DNA of 64,000 nucleotides from Piedraia hortae CBS 480.64 (Eukaryota), in the NCBI GenBank assembly GCA_010093745.1, contig MU005979.1, forward strand, positions 62,001 to 126,000, given 5' to 3'. The position numbers and the translations under genes were made by a program. The notes below the pieces were generated by a model, which saw only the letters and a program-made list of their open reading frames with translations, had not been told where the DNA came from and did no database searches. This document shows, piece by piece, positions 8,579 through 21,195 of the stretch (within the stretch, counting starts at the first letter, position 1; each line of letters starts with the position of its first letter).

Positions 8579-11500
8579 TTACAGACGATGTCCCCCGGAC
8601 TGGTCAGGCAATTGCTGCCAATTTACCGTCCCCGGCCCTTGTACGTAGGGTACTGATTGTTGTCCATGTGCCCTGTCCTCCTTTCGGAGCTCGCCAGCTC
8701 TGGCAGGGTCTACATATCTCACAGCCTGCGGAGCCGCGTATGCTCTCGGCTGCGGCTCGACATATGCTCCCACATATTGCTGCTGTAGGTGCGGAACATA
8801 CTGCACTGCCGCCGGTACTGCATTCACAGGCACTAGTCGATGCATTCGTCCGTGTTCGTCCACGTACATTGATGCAAGCGGCGGCTGTCCTACCGGCCTG
8901 TATTGGAGCGGCGTCGGTACATCGTGTTGCGGAAGAGGCGCACACCATGTCATGTCTTCTTGACGTGCACTACGATATACCGGCGCCGCATTAATCGGAG
9001 GGTGGGAACGACGCCGTTGATACACAGGTACTTGCCGGCTAGTAGCTCCGTCTTTCTCAGTGGAAGCTAAGATAGTTCCATCGTCTGCTATTGACGTATT
9101 TTCAGCAACCCTGCGTCTCGTGCCTTTTGATCCTGCCGGTGGGGTGAACAATGGCCGTGTAGGGTCGTATTCCTCTACTCGGGCTGGCTCAGACACATCT
9201 GGTTTGCTACCAGCCGCTTGTGAGTTGAAAACAGTCGGAAATGCTGCTGCAAGCAAACTAAGCTTCTTGTCCGTCATTCCAGGAGCATGTTTGAGCTGGG
9301 CAATGACCCTCGACTCTGGAAGTTCCACCATATCCTCGTACCAATTCAACGGACCAGTTGCCGCGCGAGGCTGGTGCGCGATACCGAAATGCCTGACGAG
9401 AGATCCCATGTCATGTAGCTTGACGTATTGGATGCGCTGATTGTAGGTCAGAGGTCTCGCCGAATTACGATATGGTTTCAGGCAGGCTCTACACGCTATA
9501 TTCTGTGCGTTTCTGATCGGTTGCATGGCATCGCTGGCAAACAGGGCCGCCGTCACCATGTCCAGATCCGGGAGCTGTTGAAACTTGTTATAAACATGCC
9601 AAGTCGCCTTGTGCAGTGCTACATGCACCCTCACGCATGTATGGAGGTCGGGAAGCCCGTCCAAATCGATCCATGTCTGGTTTGCCACGTGTGAAAATTC
9701 TTTCATCAATAACTCCGCAGCTTCGCTCTTAGCCTCGCTTTCCATGCCATTGAGAGAAAGCTGGCTGATAGGCGGGCAACTTGGCTGTACAGGGCGAGGC
9801 GTGGTCGTTTGGCTGGGTGAATGGACAGTTCCCGGTGCGTCTTCCACTTGCTGCCCAAGGAAAGGGCGACCTGTATGGTAAGATTCCAGCCGATTCTGGA
9901 AAGCAACATTAGGGTCGTCTCCGGTCTCTTGAGCCCCAGCCACTTGGCTCACGGAACCGGCTGTGTTGTTTTCCGCGAATAGAGGATTCTTAGACAATAG
10001 CACATTTTCGGCCACTGGCTGTTGACTCGCTTTTTTTCTCGTCCCTGGGGGTTCGCCTGGCCGCTCCACCTTGAAGGGTGGGTTATTGGGCCATTTTGCC
10101 GATTGCCATAGCACAGCGACGTTTCCTTTGCCGAATGCTTTGGTATGTTTAGAGCCATAGTGTTGCAGCAGTCCCTCAAGGGCAAAGCGTTTGGGTTTGC
10201 TTCCGTGGCAACATGCGGCGCAGATAAATAGCTCACGACATTGTGCATCCGTAAAGTTCCTGACCTTGTGATCGTACACCCATTTCATGCTCTCGAGCGA
10301 GACACCAGATCCTAGTCGTTTACCAGACGCCTTCCCTCCACAACCGGCTTTCTCAGCTACATGGAGCAGTACATGGATAGCAAAGTGCGTTGCAGTATCA
10401 GTGTTCACCGCTCGACCATCCGACAGCCATTGGGTAATGGCCTCGTCGGCATATTTACTGAGACAGTCTCTCAATTGCTTTGACTCCTGATCTTCCAGGG
10501 CCTTTGGCGTAACCTGCTGCTCAATTGGGTACGTGGCGGCTGGCTGCTGCAGCCGTTCACGCTCTGCGTTTTCGGCTGCATCCCGCTGAGATAAGAGACG
10601 AGGCTTCAGGGCCGCCCATTGAGCCTTTGTCAAGGGCGTACCGATTTTCAAGGCGGCTTGGAAGGCTTCCATATGGTGGAGGACTTCTGGCATCAGGGGC
10701 GGCTGAAGTTCCGAGCAGCGGCGCTCAATCTCGGCCTTTCTAGACGCGAGAACCTGAGCAACCTCCAGTGGGCCTCGCTTGGGATGCCGCTCCACCGCCG
10801 ATGCCTTTTCAGCGGCACGCACTGACCGTGGTAGACCACGTTTTCCTGACATTGTTGTTAGGCACAAACGGGTCGTGTGAGTGGGTGGAAGAGAGAGTGG
10901 AAAATAATAAAAAAAAGGTGACATTGTAAGAGATGATTGAAAGACACTTGCGGTTCAAAGTGGAAAAATCTGTTGCATCAAACTTACTGTTGATATCAGT
11001 ATCAAGATCACGCTCACCAATAAGAGCTGCCAAATCGATTGGTCGTGTCTGGGACTCCCATTTCTCCCACCTGGCGGCATCGGCCATGGCTTCGTGGCCT
11101 CTGTCCGTCAAGCCTTTGGTCCACTCGTCAGCAGCTCCACTGCCTAACCCTTTGGCCTCAACGTAGTCAGCCTGAATGGCCTCAACGTCGGGCCTGTAGT
11201 ACATTCTATGGGCACGGATCCGTTGGGGAATGCCCCCGACCTGGGTGCGCATGAAGTCGGGCACATAGTGCAGTTCGGGCGTCTGCAAAGCAAACGGTAG
11301 ACCGAAACGCAGCGATGCAGCCGGCGACATGATCAGCTCTAGGTCCTGCATGGACTGAAGTCCCCAGCAGAGCCCACAGGTACGAATACCAAACGGCCAG
11401 ATGATGCGGACGCCGTCAATACCCGGGCCGCCGGAATACGGGCTATACTGATGGTGAGTGCCGGGACTGCGGCGGCAAAACTGACACCGCTTCCCACCGA

Positions 11501-11933
11501 GCAGCTGGAGCATCTGCAACTCGGAGCAGCGCAACAGCGGCCGCGGCAGGGTTGGCAGGTAGTTTTTGCGTGCTTCGGCCCAGATGGCCTCGCTGTCCAT
11601 TTCGGACCCCTTGACTTGCTTCCCCCCAGATGTCTTTGAATGTGTGAGAAGGGTATGAAAAGTGCGGCAGACGGACAGACACCGTGCAAGTGCAGTCGGA
11701 GGAAGCTGTAGGAATACCCTCTGCCACAGCGCAGGCGATAGCGAAAGCGCACCAGACGTGTTGTTGCCCACTCTGCTCTTCTTGCTCGAGTTTTTGGGCC
11801 CATCTTCCAACTTCCGCTTCGCGCCGGCGTGGGTCGTCGACGTCTGACTCGCGCCCCATGACATTTGACCGTCTGAAAGGTCCATCTCTGACGAGGAGCT
11901 GCTTCTGCCGGAGTCGCTGTCTGTCAAGTCCAT
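8579..11933 (-). CDS. Large fungal F-box protein with Cys/His zinc-finger-like motifs (about 1082 aa)
   Basis: F-box LSPALWQRVFLQLPPTALARCLSVCRTF lies in ORF 10809-11933. It joins ORF 8579-10924 (FICAAC...LLQHYGSKH; ACRAC...LVRHFGIAH) through intron 10846-10951 (GCAAGT...CCTAAC...CAG), which restores the frame. Confidence 0.8.
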
Positions 11934-13720
11934 TGGGGATTACAGTTGACCGTTTAGCGTGTCGGCAGTAAGTTATTTCAAGTTTAGTGTGGCAGTAGTC
12001 CGCCAGTCTAAGTTTCAGGTGACAGTAGCGTCGAGTTTAGCCTGCGAACTCAACATGTGGCTCAACGTCGCACATTGAATACGACCCAGTTCATAGTTTA
12101 GCACTTTGTGCCACCATTCTACCCCTCTTTTTGGGTTTCTTGCAGATACCTTGCTTCTCGTATCCGCCAAGAACAGGTTTATAGCGGGTACAGCATTCTC
12201 TCATGTGTTTGTGTTGCCAATCTCGCTGTACTACTGGAGCGGGCCGACAATGCCGGTGCTCCTCTGAAAGGATTGCGTTGCAGTACTGTGCATCTTGGAA
12301 TCAGTATATAGTGTCCATCGCCGAAGTCGATTTGTGAATGCAGTAAATCTTTCAATTGTGCGTTTCATAAACGCTTATCCCATTTGATACGATGGGATGG
12401 TTTTGCACAATGAGCATGCATATTAAACACCAAAAACATATCTGATCCCAGATGCCACCTTGGATATGTGACTATTATCACCTTTATTGAAAGAATCATC
12501 GAATATTCGAGGCTTATCGAGCATGCAAAAAGTCGAGCTTGGCCAACCCCATGTGAAATGCCAACCTCCCCAACTACAACCTTTTTTACGAATGAAATCT
12601 CATGTACTGGAAAACAACATAATCATCTCCATCAAAAGAATGAATGGGAATGAAGCTCGCCAGATCACAACCCACCAACATTTGACTTGGGAGTCAATAA
12701 AACACGAAAAGCTAGCTTTTCAAATTTAACGTTCTTGTTGTGGAAAGCACAACGATAGCGCGCGCCACCGCAACACTGCGTTTCCCTGCGCTCTTCGGGA
12801 CCATGATCCCCACTATTCTTACTGGCTTGTTTGAACCCTTACAGAGCAAACCTCCAGCAACTCACATGGTTTTCGTTACAACGTTGCATTCAATATTGGG
12901 CGGTCCTCACAGATGAAATACTTGCTGAAGATCAGAAGGCAGCGTCTGGATGAGAAAGCCGTTGGGAAAAACATCTGGTGGACGTGACTATACAACTAGA
13001 AGTCACAGGTAAGCCTGCGCTCATATGTCTGCAATTATATAGCCAAGTATTGTACACTATTGTTTCTTGTGGTGCTCATGCCAGAACCTTACAACGTGGC
13101 AAAAGCGAGCCTGGCAAATCATAAACTGACACGTTCATCTGTAACTTATCACGTAGAAACAGTAAGCTTGGTCTCTGGATGAAAATGAAAGCCCCATGGT
13201 CCTGACGATGCAGGGCCGTCAGGCTATCTGGGTACTGCTCCACGGTCGTCAAATTACGCATTGACAAGTAATCGTTTACGTAGAGAGTCTCGCTAGAATT
13301 GTTTGGCTTTTCAGATGATCTGCTGATTGTTTTGGGTCATCAGCACATTTTTGACAAGCCTTTCCTATCGGCGACTGTCCAATGCTTTTTTATCGGTTGT
13401 GCATTGGAAGCTACTGGGCTGGTAAAGCTAACTCGCAAAGATGCATCCCGTCTTTGGTCAGTGCCAGACCGGAGAATATGGGCAAGTAATCGTCAGTGCA
13501 TACGTTGCAACCAGGCAGGAGACCATCCTACCATCGCACAGCCTTCGAAGATGAGAAGCAATGACTCCATACGTGATATCTAGTGCTCTTTCCACAACTA
13601 CCTTCCGCACATCACTAAGCGCTCCCCAGCTGATTAATGATCAAAAAAAGGAAGGAGCGCACGGAGAAAAACTCAAACATTACAACCTCACCATCCACCA
13701 CACACTCGTTACATGGGGCG

Positions 13721-14761
13721 ATGTCACGATCCAGCAGAAGCTCTGTAGATGGCTCAGCGATCACAGCACCCACATCCGTCCACAGCCGCACCAGCCCCGG
13801 AACCAACCCATCCCTCTACACCCACAAGGCCAGAACCCAATCAACCGACACCCTCTGGGAACTATCCGAGTACATCCGCCTTGCCGAACAGCCCAAAGGA
13901 CCGCAATACTACGCCGCGGTATATAGCTCTCTGATAGCCAACATCGGCATTGCGGGTCTATCAATCTATGTCTCCTACGGAACCGGTTCTCTCACCTTCC
14001 TCGCAACGGCAACCGACTCCCTCTGCGACCCCCTCAGCAACGTGGCCTTGGTAATCTGCGCAATCGCCACCAAGAAACAAAACCGCTCCAAATATCCCGC
14101 AGGCAACGCCCGCATCGAAACCATCGGCAACATTACCTTTGCCTGGGTAATGGTAATTGTCTCCATTGTGCTAATAACCGTCTCCCTAATCCAAATCATA
14201 ACCGGTACGGAACGCGACCTCGGAATGCCATTGGATCTCTTCTTCGTCATCGTCATGGGCGGGTCATGCGCCGTGAAAATCGTCTTGGCAATATACTGCT
14301 TTGTTCTAAGATTCGCTTACCCCCAGGTTGGACTTCTTTGGCAGGATCACCGCAACGATGCTTTGGTGAATATTTTCGCGTTTTTCACTATTCTCTTCGC
14401 TGCACGGTTGGCGTGGTGGGTTGATCCTCTCGGGGCGATTGTTATCTCGCTAGCAACGAATTTTATCTGGTCGCATCATATTTGGAAGGAGTATCAACTT
14501 GTTCTGGGGAGGGCGGCGGATCCGGTTTTTGCGAGGTTTGTGAGACTCGTTGCTCGGAGGCAGGGTCCGCCAATCTTGGGGGTTTTGAGCGTGCTTGCGT
14601 GGTATTATGGGCCGGGTCTTGTGGTTAAGGTTGAGGTTGAGGTTGATTCGACGGTTTCGCTTGCGGAGGGCGTGAGGGCTACCAACGACTTGGAGGTGGA
14701 GCTGAAGAAGTTGCCGGATGTGGAGTGGTGTGATGTTAGGATTGCAGAGGAGTGGTTGTGA
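13721..14761 (+). CDS. Cation diffusion facilitator (Mn-CDF/MTP-like) metal transporter
   Basis: Six hydrophobic segments. TM2 DSLCD, KYPAGNARIETIG, TM5 QDHRND and WWVDPLGAI, followed by a C-terminal dimerisation-type domain. First in-frame ATG at 13721. Confidence 0.88.
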   Translation: MSRSSRSSVDGSAITAPTSVHSRTSPGTNPSLYTHKARTQSTDTLWELSEYIRLAEQPKGPQYYAAVYSSLIANIGIAGLSIYVSYGTGSLTFLATATDSLCDPLSNVALVICAIATKKQNRSKYPAGNARIETIGNITFAWVMVIVSIVLITVSLIQIITGTERDLGMPLDLFFVIVMGGSCAVKIVLAIYCFVLRFAYPQVGLLWQDHRNDALVNIFAFFTILFAARLAWWVDPLGAIVISLATNFIWSHHIWKEYQLVLGRAADPVFARFVRLVARRQGPPILGVLSVLAWYYGPGLVVKVEVEVDSTVSLAEGVRATNDLEVELKKLPDVEWCDVRIAEEWL

Positions 14762-15141
14762 GTGGGTTGGGCTGGGTAGTGGGTGTGCTTTCAGTCCTAT
14801 CGATTCTTATTTTTCCAGCCGTTCGCAATTAAAAACGGTCTGCTAAGAGCGCTGTGTGTACATCATATCGTGAAACTTCGCAAGACTTGCTCTAACCCCC
14901 GGACCCGGATATCAATTTTTCCCCCAAGTTGTCGGGATGCCCAGCCAGACGAACCAGGAGAAAGAAAGATGTCTACACAGCAACCTTTTCCTTGCCAAAT
15001 TGATTGAGACATTGAACTAGATATCGAGGTCAGAGTGCACAGAGACAAAACAGCTATTGATGGACCAGCATTTACAATTACACTGCTCTACCCCTCTTAT
15101 CAATAGTCAGCTGATTACCCACTAACTTAATCCCCCTCCCC

Positions 15142-15186
15142 NNNNNNNNNNNNNNNNNNNNNNNNNNNNNNNNNNNNNNNNNNNNN
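15142..15186. other. Assembly gap (45 N)
   Basis: Run of N flanked by C-rich sequence, 10 bp from the Nup98-96 stop codon. Confidence 1.
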
Positions 15187-15196
15187 CCCAAACACC

Positions 15197-18100
15197 CTAC
15201 CTAGCCATAACCCTCCTATACGCATTCAGCATATCGACAGCTTCAGCACCAGCATGTAGCTTCACGACACTAGATGTCGTATTGAGATACTCTCTCCCAA
15301 AGTGTTCCCCGACCTTCGTCATTTCGAGAAAAGCAACCTTTTGTTCCAAAGACCGCGGCTCCACACCACGGAGGTTTCGTTTGAGAGTGCGGAGGGCCTT
15401 GTCTCCGCTTTCGGGCTTGGTAGAGTCGAGGAGATTGAGAAAGGACTCGTATACCTGACCGCCTTTGGGCCAGGTTGCGGGTTTCTGGGTGAATGAGGAG
15501 ATGAGGTGGGAGAGGCCATCGTAGTCTTCTTCGATGACGGCGCGGGGACCGACGGTTGTGATGAGCACGTCGTGTGCGTCATCTAGTTTGCCTGCGAGGA
15601 TGAGGCTATGGGCTTGTGAAACGTAGTCGCCGTTAGACTGATGCCAAAATGCGAGGGTCGTGTGGAGGAGGGATGAAGGTAATTTCAGGCCATCCTGCAG
15701 GCAGGAAAAGGTGGTAGGGTTATTCAATTGAGCTGCTTGTCGTTGCAAGACTCCCTCTACAGCTCGCTTGCGTTGGTCTGCGTCCGCTAGGTGTAGCAAG
15801 ACCCAGGCGCTGTCCTGGAGACGCTCCATGGTCTCGAGTTCGCTGGCAAAGTTCACAGTCAGTTGGTTCATCTTTGCCTCCTCAAGCCCGACATGCACCT
15901 TGGCTTGGAGCATTGTGGCGAGTTGCCATGCAAGGCGGAAGCGTAGTGGACTGCCAGACACGGCTTTGGCATCGTACAGCTCGTCAAGCTTGGCGCCATG
16001 GGGATGCCTTTGGTGTTGTGGCTCCATGGCCATGTCGTCTTCACTCTTCGAACAAACCCCCTTCGCATATAGTCGACACAAGAGCATCAGAGTGTCTTCT
16101 CCGGTAGAGAGTCCGGATGGCTTGGGTTCCATGGAACCAGCTGCATCTACATCGTCGCAATAGGCGCTGAGAGCATCGCTCAGACTGTTGTAGCCACCAT
16201 ATAATATCCGAAGGTTGAGGCTCTGCTTCCACGTCAAGGAGAAGCGATCGGCAATGCAGAACTCGCCAACGCGATCTTCGGGACTCGTCATTGACCCCTG
16301 ATCCGGCACGACGTTGACGATTCCCGCGACGATGCAGTACAATGCCCTCACCGCATCGCTCATTTCGCTCCAGTCCCGACGCTTCTGCCAAGCTACAATC
16401 TGCTGTCTCATCGTCTCGCGACTGTCGTTTGTCCCCGGTAATTGGGAGATGAGAATGGCGAGACGCACGTCCTGGGCAGCAGACAGTCGTTGGCGCGCCC
16501 CGACCTTGTCGTTCAGAGTCAACAGATGCAGAGCCTTCTCCTCTTCGTTCCTTGCCCGTCGGATTCCCTCCTGTACGTCTGCCTGAACTGATCGAGACAA
16601 CATCGTTCCCAGCGTGTCCAACGCCAGCATCTCTTCATTGTCCGTAATCTGATCCGATGTCATGTTTTCGGTAAGTGTGCTGGCCGCTACCTCGATGGGA
16701 TCGTAGAGAGAGCCGCAAAGCCGCCAGATGAGCATTTCCCTCTGCCCAAGTGCGGTCGGCTGAGCCCTGCTCTCTTCAACACGCAAAGCCACATCAGTAA
16801 AGACGACATCTCCCTCCTCAACAGAGGCAAAGGGGATTGATTGCTGCGTGTCCAGCTTGGTGAGGTCCATCTGCTGGCGTAGAGCAGCACCGCCAGGGTC
16901 GTCAGAAACAGCAAACCTGGCAAAGCGAATGTCTTGGCTGTTCCCGACCACTGGTGGCATGCACTGCTCCATTTCTCCCGACACCTGGGCGGCCGATGCA
17001 TCGGCGCCGTACACAAGAGTGCCGCTGGCGCTGAAGCTGGGCCCGATGGCATTGGGAGAGCGAGAGTCGGTGGTGCTCTCAGATCGTGGCTTCTTAAACG
17101 GTGGCATCTAATACACTCTCAGCTACATACATTATCGAAAGCGGTTGTCATACCTCTGAGCCTTCATTCGACCACAGCGAATTCATAATGTCCATACTCG
17201 ACCGGAACGCCTGACTCTTTCCCAGATCATCATTTGCCCGACGCTTGCCGAGAACGCTCTGAGCAAGCAGACTGTCGTCGCCAAGCGGCATGTCGTATAG
17301 CGGCTGCTGTTCTCTGAGCAACTGGCGATCCCGCTTCTTGGGGCTCCGCGTGCGCAGCAGCTGCTCCTCCCAGCTTTCGGTGACAAGCTTCTGAGGAGAA
17401 GTGAGCACGGTGCGAGACTTCAAAATTGAGCGCAGCATCGGTGGAGGAGCGAAAGCCCCATTGCCCAAAGCAGGATCCTGCTCTGGACCATCAACAGACA
17501 AGCCAAATGGATCCTCGAAGCTCATCAGTGCAGACTCTTCCGTGTCCATGTCTTCCGTGTCGACAAACTGGCCCGGCACAATGGTATTGGTGCCGTCAAA
17601 CAAGATGTCCAGCGTATCATCCAATCCATCGCTGTTGTTCTGCCCAACGGGCGTTTCTGGCTCGTCCATGCCCGACTCGTCATCATCGTCCAACCCGTAC
17701 GTGGTGAAGTGATCGACCTTGAACGTCCACACACCCGTGTTGGCGTCGTAGTCAACAAACTTGGTGCCGTGGACACGCTTGAGCCTCGTAATGTGTTTTT
17801 CCAGCTCCTTGCCGTCCTTTACATGAGCTTTTCTGCTCGCATGGGAGCGTGGCCAGCTGTTTTCAAGGTGAATCAGCGACGGCACATTCAAACCTTGGCC
17901 CATGGGAGGCTTGTTGGTGTCGTCCTGGTAGACGGTGGCGCTCCTGGTGATCAGCTTGACGATGCCACCGCAGATCTCGTCGAGGTCAACGTTGCTGATA
18001 TCGCAGGGGCCAAACTCGATGAATCCAACGCCCTCACGGCCGACCTTGAGCTTCGGCATGCGCTGCAACTGCGAGCGATTCATGCTCTTGAGGTCAGCCA

Positions 18101-20630
18101 TAGGCGGCTTCGTCCAGTAGTCGCCCAACTCGCCCGTGCTGGAGCGGAAATCGCCGGTTTGCTTGGCGACAGCGTCCTCGGCCACAGTCGTCAGTGGGCC
18201 GCTGCCGTTGACCTGCGTCATTGGCAGCCGACCGCCGTTTGGATCTGGCTGGGCGCGGAAGAGCTCGGAGGACTCTGCAGGCTCCTCGGGCTCGGCCCTG
18301 ACCAGCGCGCGCTCGTTGGACGGTGGAGTGGCGGCTACGGGCTCCTCGAAGCTCACCGTCCGCTTCGGTGTCTCTTCCGAGCTGGACTGGCTCTGCATGA
18401 ACAGATCAGTGCGCAACGAGCGGTCAATCGTCAGTCTACGAAGGCTGCCGCTGCCCGGCGTTTGGCGGAGGAGACTGGGCCGCTGGGGCAAGGCGTCACC
18501 GCGCAGGTTGCTGAGGCTGGTAGATTTGCCCAGGCGGCTGCTGAGGGCGCTGCCGAAGCTCCCCGTTGGCTTCAGCATGCTGCTGGCCCCGGGCGTCAGG
18601 CTGCCGCCCAAAGACGACGTCGGGCTGCCGTAGGTAGAGGAGAAGCCGTAGCCGCCCGGCCGACCGAGCGACCCCGTCGTTGCGCGCGGAGAATACATGG
18701 GGCTGTTGATGCGCATCGACGCCATCAGCGACGGCGCCTTCCGCTGCGCCGTCTTGGCTCCGCTCAGCGGTGTCACCAGCGGCCCCACGGGCTCAGACGG
18801 GGCCGTGAGGCTGGCAAAAAGCGGCTCGTTGCCATACGGCGCACTCGTCACGCTGGCGTGCAGATGGCTGGGCACCTGTTGCTGCGTGCTCTGACTGGAG
18901 AGCAACGAATTGTTCTGCTGCGGCGGCTGCTGCTGCTGGTTGGTCGAAGTGCCGAAAATCGAACTGCCAGTGTTGTTATTGTTGTTGCCGCCCAGCGAGA
19001 AGGGAGAGCTCTGCTGAGTCGAGCTCCCCAAGCTTCCAAACACGCTGTTGTTGGTGGTACCGCCAAACTGACTCGTGGCCGGTTTCGCGCCAAACACGCT
19101 GCCGATATTATTGTTGGTGTTGAGGCTGGTGCTGAATGGCGACGACGTGCTGGTCGTGTTGGTGTTGCTTCCAAACGCATTGTCCCCAAGCTTGAACGGG
19201 TTGGCCGTGTTCTGCTGCGTGTTTGCACCGCCAAAGACGCTGCCGGCCGTCTGCGTATTTTGCGTGCTGCTGCCGAACAGAGATTCGCCGGGCTTGTTCT
19301 GCTGGCCCAGCGGATTCAGCAGGCTATTAGTGGACGCCCCAAAGCCCGTGTTCTGCTGCTGCTGCTGCTGCTGCTGGTTGTTGTTGCTGCCAAAAAGGGA
19401 GCTGCCCGAGCCGAAGCCGCCTGTGTTCGTGTTCGCGTTGGTGCCGAAGCCGCTACCAAACGTCGTGTTTTGCTGCTGATTTTGCTGCGTCTGGCCAAAC
19501 GGATTGGTTGCGTTGTTGCTTCCAAAGCCGCTCTGCTGCTGGTTGTCTTGCGACCCAAACCCCGTTCCCGTGCCGCCAAATCCTGTACCGCTGCCGAAGC
19601 CGCCCGTGCCCGTGTTTGTGGACCCAAATCCGGTGTTGGTGGTGCTGGTATTTGTGGTGTTGGCGCCAAAGGGATTGGAGTTGGTGTTTGAGCCAAAGCC
19701 GCTCGACGTGTTGTTGGTGTTCTGTCCGAAGCCGCCAAACGGGTTATTCGTCGTGTTCGTCGACGACTGCGAGCCGAACCCCGTTGTGCTCCCCTGCCCG
19801 AACCCCGTGTTGCTCGACTGACCGAAGCCGCCAAAGCCGGTGCTTTGACCAAACGCTCCGGCCTGGCCGTTCTGATTTCCGAAACGCCGGCCCTGCGCAT
19901 AGTCCTCAGCGCGCAGCTCTTCAAAGCTCTTGTTCTTGTACTGGTCCTGGCACGTAATCGACTGATAGACTGACGTTCCAGACGTGGTATCCTTCTCAGT
20001 AACGGGATTGAAAGGAACCGATGCGGTGCCGCTGTTATTGTTGGTCGCAGCTGCGTTGCTGGAGCCGCCGAAGCTGGAAAACAAGTTGTTCCCGCCTGCA
20101 TTCGCCGTGGACCCAAAGCCGGTGTTGGTATTGGAGCCAAAGCCAGACCCCGTGTTGTTCGTCGTGCTGCCAAAGCCGCCTGTGCTTCCACTTCCGAAGA
20201 TAGAGCTTCCTGTGTTGGCTGTGCCGAAGCCGCTGGTTGCCGGCTTGTTCGCGCCAAATAGGCCTGCACCAGTTAGCTCCGGCTCAGCACTGCCGTCCAA
20301 TCCATGCTTACCTGTGCCCGTATTGCTTCCAAAACCGCCCGATGTGTTGTTGGCCGTTGATCCGAAGCCGCCTGGGGTGCCTGAACCGAAGCCACCCGTG
20401 GTAGAGCCGCTGCCAAACAATCCAGTGCCGCCCGTGGATGCCGCGGGCGCGCCAAATGCGGGCTTCCCGAAACCAGAGCTGTTGCTCTGGTTGGAGCCGA
20501 ATCCGCCGAAGCCGGTGGACTGCGTCGTGCTGCCAAAGCCGCCGCTCGACCCAAAGCCTCCCGTACCGGACCCAAACCCACCGCCGCTGCCAAAGCCGGA
20601 GCTGCCCGTGCTATTGTTCAGGAACGACAT
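15197..20630 (-). CDS. NUP98: Nucleoporin Nup98-Nup96 precursor (Nup145/SonB-like), about 1779 aa
   Basis: FG/GLFG repeats, GLEBS (KSFEELRAEDYAQGRR), autoproteolysis domain ending GVWTFKVDHF/TTYG, and a helical Nup96 part. Introns 20264-20311 (48 nt, in frame) and 17108-17153 (46 nt, phase 0). Confidence 0.95.
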
Positions 20631-21195
20631 GGCGAAAGCTGACTGGAACGTGGCCTCAACTGCTCAGAGCTTCCGTGCGCGTGGCCAACGTGATGCGGCC
20701 AACGTCGAAGGTGATGATGTCGCACTTGATGGCGATCCCAGATGTCAGAGTCGCGTAACAGCGCCGCGCATCAATGCCCTCGATGGAGAAAGAAAAAGAG
20801 CAAGTGCGTTTGTGGGGGTGGGTGGGAAGGTCGCGTGAATCGGTCGCGTCAATGTTAGCCGCACGTGCCACAATCCTAGAACCGCTTCGTGGCTTTTGAT
20901 TGGTCGAAATAGTATGAACTCATCGCCCTCAGTGGACAAATATTCTTACAACGTTTTCCAGCGTGCGATATTTCCTCTGGTCGATTTGAGCAGATTACAG
21001 CTTTCTGGATGTATTCCTCTATCGTGGACTCTCTTCCACTTCGAAACCTGTCATGGTGCAACTCTACACTACTGTAAAGTTGAGGTGGACTTCAAGCGCA
21101 ATTAACACAACATGTCAGACAGGAAATCTGCGGCGATAGGAACACACTCGGTCCAATATTAAGACGGTCCATCGTGACGTTGTTCATATCTCGCC

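Noticed and set aside
17709..19691. 660-aa plus-strand ORF (and 19984-20838)
   Set aside because: Antisense shadow of the GC-rich, codon-biased Nup98 FG region; no independent motifs.
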